From assembly GCA_963693365.1 (NCBI GenBank), contig CAVNZM010000002.1:8467059-8531058 (forward strand): a stretch of 64,000 nucleotides of DNA, in the 5' to 3' direction. Each line of letters starts with the position of its first letter. Position 1 is the first letter of the stretch. A program made the position numbers and the translations under genes. Source of the stretch: Amoebidium appalachense (taxonomy: Eukaryota > Protista > Ichthyosporea). Of the stretch, positions 59,577 through 64,000 are shown piece after piece. The notes beneath the pieces were generated by a model, which had not been told where the DNA came from, did no database searches, and saw only the letters and a list, made by a program, of their open reading frames with translations.

Positions 59577-62500
59577 CTAAAACTTGATGGTGTAAGCAAA
59601 GTCAATCCCTTCAACCGTCTTGCCCTCACCCACAACCACCGCTACCGTGCTGTCGACGCCACCGTCCTTATCAGACGACGCCACATGACCGTTAGGGGCA
59701 GCGAGCACACGCACAGAGTAGCTCCCTGGGGCAACACCACCAAACGAATAGTATCCCTTTACATCGGTGGTGGCGGTGGCAACAGTGCGGCCGTTAGAGT
59801 CAACAAGCACAACAGAGACGGAGCCGAGCCCATAATCACCATACTCAAAGACACCGTCTGCTCCGTCATCATGCCACACGCGGCCCTTCACGGCACCAGG
59901 AACCACAGGGCGGAAACCGAACTGCGCGTCGACAGACCCGCCGGCGACAATCGTGACCGTGCGTGATGCCGTGGTGGGGTTGCTGGCCGTGAGGCCAACG
60001 GGGACACTACCCGTATCGACAGCAACGGTGTATGTCCCTGCAACAATACTACCAAAGGTGTAGCGGCCAGAAGCGTCGGTGACGGCCGTGGCTACGATTT
60101 TGCCTGTAGAGTCAGTCAGGGTCAGGCGGATGTTGGGTAGGGCGGCCTCGCCGGCATCGAGCTGGCCGTTGGAGTTGGCGTCAACGTAGACGATGGAAGA
60201 GCAGGTTCCGGTCAGCAGGCGGTAGTCAAAGTTGATGTTGGACATGTTGTCGCCCCAGTTGAGCATGATGGACGTCTTGCCGTCAGCAACACCGTCCGGG
60301 TCGGAGGCGGAGACGACGTTGGCGGGGAGGGAGGCCTGGTCGATGGCAATGGTGTAGGTGCCGGCCTGCAGCTGGGCAAAGGTGAATGTGCCCTTGTCGT
60401 TGGTGCGCTCCTGCATAACGGTGTTGCCGGCGGCATTCAGCAGGTTGACAACAACATTGGCAAGGGGGCTGCCGTTGAGGGTGACGGCGCCGCTAGCTGA
60501 AGCCTTGGAGAGGGGCTTGAAGCAGAATGAGGCCTGGGCACCGGAAAATACACGGCCGGGGGTGAGCACGACGTTGAACTGCGGGCGGGCCACAGTGAGG
60601 CCAAAGGGAATAGAGGCGGTGTCCACGCGAACGGTGTAGTTGCCGGCAAGAATGTTGGTGAAAGAGTAGATGCCGCTAACATCGGTCTTGGTGGTTTGCA
60701 CAACTACACCAGTGTTCCGATCAACCAATTGAATGACGACATTAGCCACGGCGGCTTCACCAGCATCCTGCTCGTCGTTGTTGTTGGCATCGAGGAAGGC
60801 ATTGGCGGGGCCAACGGATGCAAACACGGGACGGATAGCAAAGCTGACAGGGGTGGCCGTTGCGCCCGGCTGCACGGTGAAGGTGGAGGGAGAGCTGAGC
60901 ACGGCCACACCGGCGGGGAGGGTCGACCCAACGATGGAGAGGGTGTAGGTGCCGGCAGGGATGTTGGCAAACGAATAGGAACCATCCTGGGCAGTGATGG
61001 CGGTGGCCACAACCTTGCCGTTGGCATCGACCAGAGACACGGTCACGTTGGCCAGAGCAACCTCACCAGCATCCTGCACACCATTACCGTTGACGTCCAC
61101 AAACAGACCACCGGGCTTGACGGTGCCATACTGGAAGCGGTAGTCAAAGTTTATGTTGGACATGTTGTCGCCCCAGTTGAGTGTGATGGACGTCTTGCCG
61201 TCAGCCACACCGTCGCGGTCGGAGGCAGCGACGACGTTGGCGGGGAGGGAAGCCTGGTCGATGGCAATGGTGTATGTGCCGGCCTGCAGGTTGGCGAAGG
61301 TGAAGGCACCCTTGTCGTTGGTGGTTGCACGGAAGAGCGCCTTGCCGTCAGCATCAACCAGGCTAACAATAGCATTGGCAGTGCTGCTGTTGCCAACGGT
61401 AACGGCGCCACTCACAGACGCATGGGGCAGACGCTTAAAGCAGAAGGCGGCAGCCTCGTCGGAAAACACCTGGCCAGGGGCAAGCACGACAGTGAACTGG
61501 CCGTTGGCGCGGAGAGGCTTGAGGTCGGCGGGGATGGGGGAGATGCGGACGGTGTAGGTACCAGCAAGCACGTTAATGAAGGTGTATGTGCCATTGGCGT
61601 TGGTGGTGGTAGTCTGTACAACGTTGCCAGTGGCACGGTCCACCAACTGCACCTGCAGGCCGGACAGGCCGGGCTCGTTTGCGTCCTGCACGTCATTGTT
61701 GTTCTCGTCAACAAACGCATTGGCAGGGCCCACAGACGCAAAGTTGGGCCGCACCGTCAGGGGGAGGGCAACGGCGGTGGCACCTGGAGCAATGGTGATG
61801 GTCTGCGTGGTGCTGGGAATGACAAACGTGACAGGAAGGTTGGCACGGTCGATGGAGGGGGTGTAGGTCCCGGCAGGGATGTTTGCAAACGAGTAGGAGC
61901 CATCCTGAGCTGTGACGGCGGTGGCCACAACCTTGCCGCTAGCGTCGACCAGCATGATAGTCACGTTGCCCAGACCCACCTCCCCTGCATCCTGAACGCC
62001 GTTTCCGTTGACATCCACAAACACTTTGCTCGATGCAATGCCACCGGTTTGAGGAGGGGCAATGCAGAACGAGGCAGCAGCACCGTTGAAGCTCTGCCCA
62101 GCAGCCAAAACGACGTTGAAACGAGCGCGCTTGGTTGTGAAGCCAGCGGGAAGAGAGGCAGTGTCAATGGTGATAGTGTATGTGCCCGGAGCCACGTCAG
62201 CAAAGGTGTAGTTGCCGCTAGCGTCCGTCTTTGTGGTGCGCACGACCTTGCCGTTGCTGTCGATAAGGCTGATGGTTGCGTTGGCCAAACCGGCCTCACC
62301 CACATCCTGTTGGTCGTTGTTGTTGGCGTCGATAAAGGCTGCGGCAGGGCCCACAACGGCGTTTGCAGCTTTGAATGTGAATGCAGCACTTGACTGCTGG
62401 AAAGCAACCACAGACGTGGTTACACTGAGGGGGGACGTGGCTACGGCGCTGCTTGGAACCGACGCTGGGTCAAGGGTGACGGTGTAGTTACCGGGGAGGA

Positions 62501-62837
62501 CATTGCGGGCAGTGAAGCCGCCGGTTCTGCTCGTGCGCACAGACCCGACACTACGCCCATTGCTGTTCAAAAACGAAACCTTCAATCCTGCCACACCGGG
62601 TTCGTTTGCGTCCCTCTGACCGTTTCCGTTAAGGTCGGTGAACGCGTCACCTGCAATCATACCGCGCGCTTGCAGGCATGCACCTGTAGGGTTGGTAGGT
62701 GGGCGGGCCCAGCCCTTGTTGCAATCCGGCAGAGGGGCAGGGGCTTCGTCATAGGACCGGCGCCCGATAAAGGGTGCACCGTGGGTGGTACCTAACGCGC
62801 CAAGAAGCAGCACGGCGCCGCTGAAAAGACTGGCCAT
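59577..62837 (-). CDS. Secreted 1086-aa protein with ten SdrD-B-like / Cna-B-type Ig-like domains (copy 2)
   Basis: It has the same length and architecture as 48670-51930, with nine amino-acid differences between the two supplied translations. Confidence 0.93.
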   Translation of the reverse strand: MASLFSGAVLLLGALGTTHGAPFIGRRSYDEAPAPLPDCNKGWARPPTNPTGACLQARGMIAGDAFTDLNGNGQRDANEPGVAGLKVSFLNSNGRSVGSVRTSRTGGFTARNVLPGNYTVTLDPASVPSSAVATSPLSVTTSVVAFQQSSAAFTFKAANAVVGPAAAFIDANNNDQQDVGEAGLANATISLIDSNGKVVRTTKTDASGNYTFADVAPGTYTITIDTASLPAGFTTKRARFNVVLAAGQSFNGAAASFCIAPPQTGGIASSKVFVDVNGNGVQDAGEVGLGNVTIMLVDASGKVVATAVTAQDGSYSFANIPAGTYTPSIDRANLPVTFVIPSTTQTITIAPGATAVALPLTVRPNFASVGPANAFVDENNNDVQDANEPGLSGLQVQLVDRATGNVVQTTTTNANGTYTFINVLAGTYTVRISPIPADLKPLRANGQFTVVLAPGQVFSDEAAAFCFKRLPHASVSGAVTVGNSSTANAIVSLVDADGKALFRATTNDKGAFTFANLQAGTYTIAIDQASLPANVVAASDRDGVADGKTSITLNWGDNMSNINFDYRFQYGTVKPGGLFVDVNGNGVQDAGEVALANVTVSLVDANGKVVATAITAQDGSYSFANIPAGTYTLSIVGSTLPAGVAVLSSPSTFTVQPGATATPVSFAIRPVFASVGPANAFLDANNNDEQDAGEAAVANVVIQLVDRNTGVVVQTTKTDVSGIYSFTNILAGNYTVRVDTASIPFGLTVARPQFNVVLTPGRVFSGAQASFCFKPLSKASASGAVTLNGSPLANVVVNLLNAAGNTVMQERTNDKGTFTFAQLQAGTYTIAIDQASLPANVVSASDPDGVADGKTSIMLNWGDNMSNINFDYRLLTGTCSSIVYVDANSNGQLDAGEAALPNIRLTLTDSTGKIVATAVTDASGRYTFGSIVAGTYTVAVDTGSVPVGLTASNPTTASRTVTIVAGGSVDAQFGFRPVVPGAVKGRVWHDDGADGVFEYGDYGLGSVSVVLVDSNGRTVATATTDVKGYYSFGGVAPGSYSVRVLAAPNGHVASSDKDGGVDSTVAVVVGEGKTVEGIDFAYTIKF

Positions 62838-63450
62838 TGTTATTATGACCCGAAAAAAGAGGCAACCACTAAAAAGAAGGCGCTACTGAGCTTCGGTTTT
62901 GTCCCTGACTGTTGTGTGTGTGCAGTGCGCCGCAAAAGTTGACTGATGCCTGGTGCAAAGATCGGCGCTTTATATAAGCCCCTACCGAGTTGGAGCGGGC
63001 TAATGAAATCATTTGACGAATCAGATTTGTCTTTGGCATCATCGCTGATGATTCCGCCGCGCACGCACGTGACACAGCTTGAGTTGTTGATCATTGATTG
63101 TGCTAATGGGTTCTATTGTATTTTGAAATAATACACTGTACAGATAATCGATGATGGCTGTTTAATATACCGCTACTTTTTGCATAGCAATTTATGTGAA
63201 GAAGCTGTCCCAGGCTATCTGGGTTTCTTCTGGCAAGGCAGTGAAACCTCCCAATTCGCCCTATGGCAATTCCGATCTACACATGGGATAAAAAAGAAGT
63301 TTTTCAGCCAATCGTATACATTGTGTCTAGATTGAAATTCATTGGATGAATGAATCCAGACTGAATATTATTGTAACTTTATTTGGTTAATTTACTCTTT
63401 CGGTCGACATCAAATTCGGTGACCGCCAAGACTCTGTGTTCCCTTCGGCC

Positions 63451-63508
<58 letters not shown>

Positions 63509-64000
63509 CGTAGGCGCGGCGTAGTACTACGGTGCCCGGCCACTTACGTAAGCCAGTGGTACTTAGCCTTGGAGACTAAGTGAGAGCCTGCCCTCGACAC
63601 CGTGCCTATGACACTGAGCCTTCCAGCTTTCTCAGTTTTGGGAGGAGATTATTACATGTACATGAACCAAAGTACCATGCATGTTGGTCCCATGTTGCCA
63701 TATACAATGTTGTAGTCACGGTCACATGGGGGGCAGTTGTCAGACTTCGGACATGTACATCATGCAAATTTACGGTTAGGGGTGTCTGCCAATCATCAAA
63801 AATGATGGGGTATCATATAAATAGAGATACTATGCACATGTACTGAGATCAAACAATCAACACACATGTTCACAAATGCACGGTGCAAATGCTTTGGACA
63901 TGTACAGGTCCATTCAGAGGGGGGGGGGGGGGGGGGGGGGGTGAGGGGGGAGGGGGGGAGAGAAGGGGGAGGGGGAGCTCGAGGAGCCCGGCGTGGGGGG

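Overview
This is eukaryotic, intron-rich DNA saturated with G/C homopolymers and (CA/TG)n microsatellites. It is probably from a unicellular opisthokont or other protist, but that assignment is inference only. Almost all short ORFs in the supplied track are repeat artefacts. By reading splice sites by hand I reconstructed four multi-exon minus-strand genes: a POT/PTR peptide transporter (1608-5817), a divergent TRIC/TMEM38-like channel (11878-17794), a divergent casein kinase II beta subunit (22133-25715) and the GPI mannosyltransferase PIG-Z/SMP3 (31281-44569). The plus strand carries PIG-H (~29197-29809) and a 5'-truncated non-LTR retrotransposon ORF (27109-28212). There are also two or three MITEs and several minisatellites. 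The right third is a ~10.9-kb-period direct duplication. Each unit carries an intronless 1086-aa secreted protein made of ten bacterial-type SdrD-B/Cna-B-like domains, plus a relic 3' end of an older paralog. The most notable signals are this adhesin-like array with apparent gene conversion, 3' splice sites where (CA)n replaces the polypyrimidine tract (one possibly ending in CG), and two GPI-pathway genes lying tail to tail.
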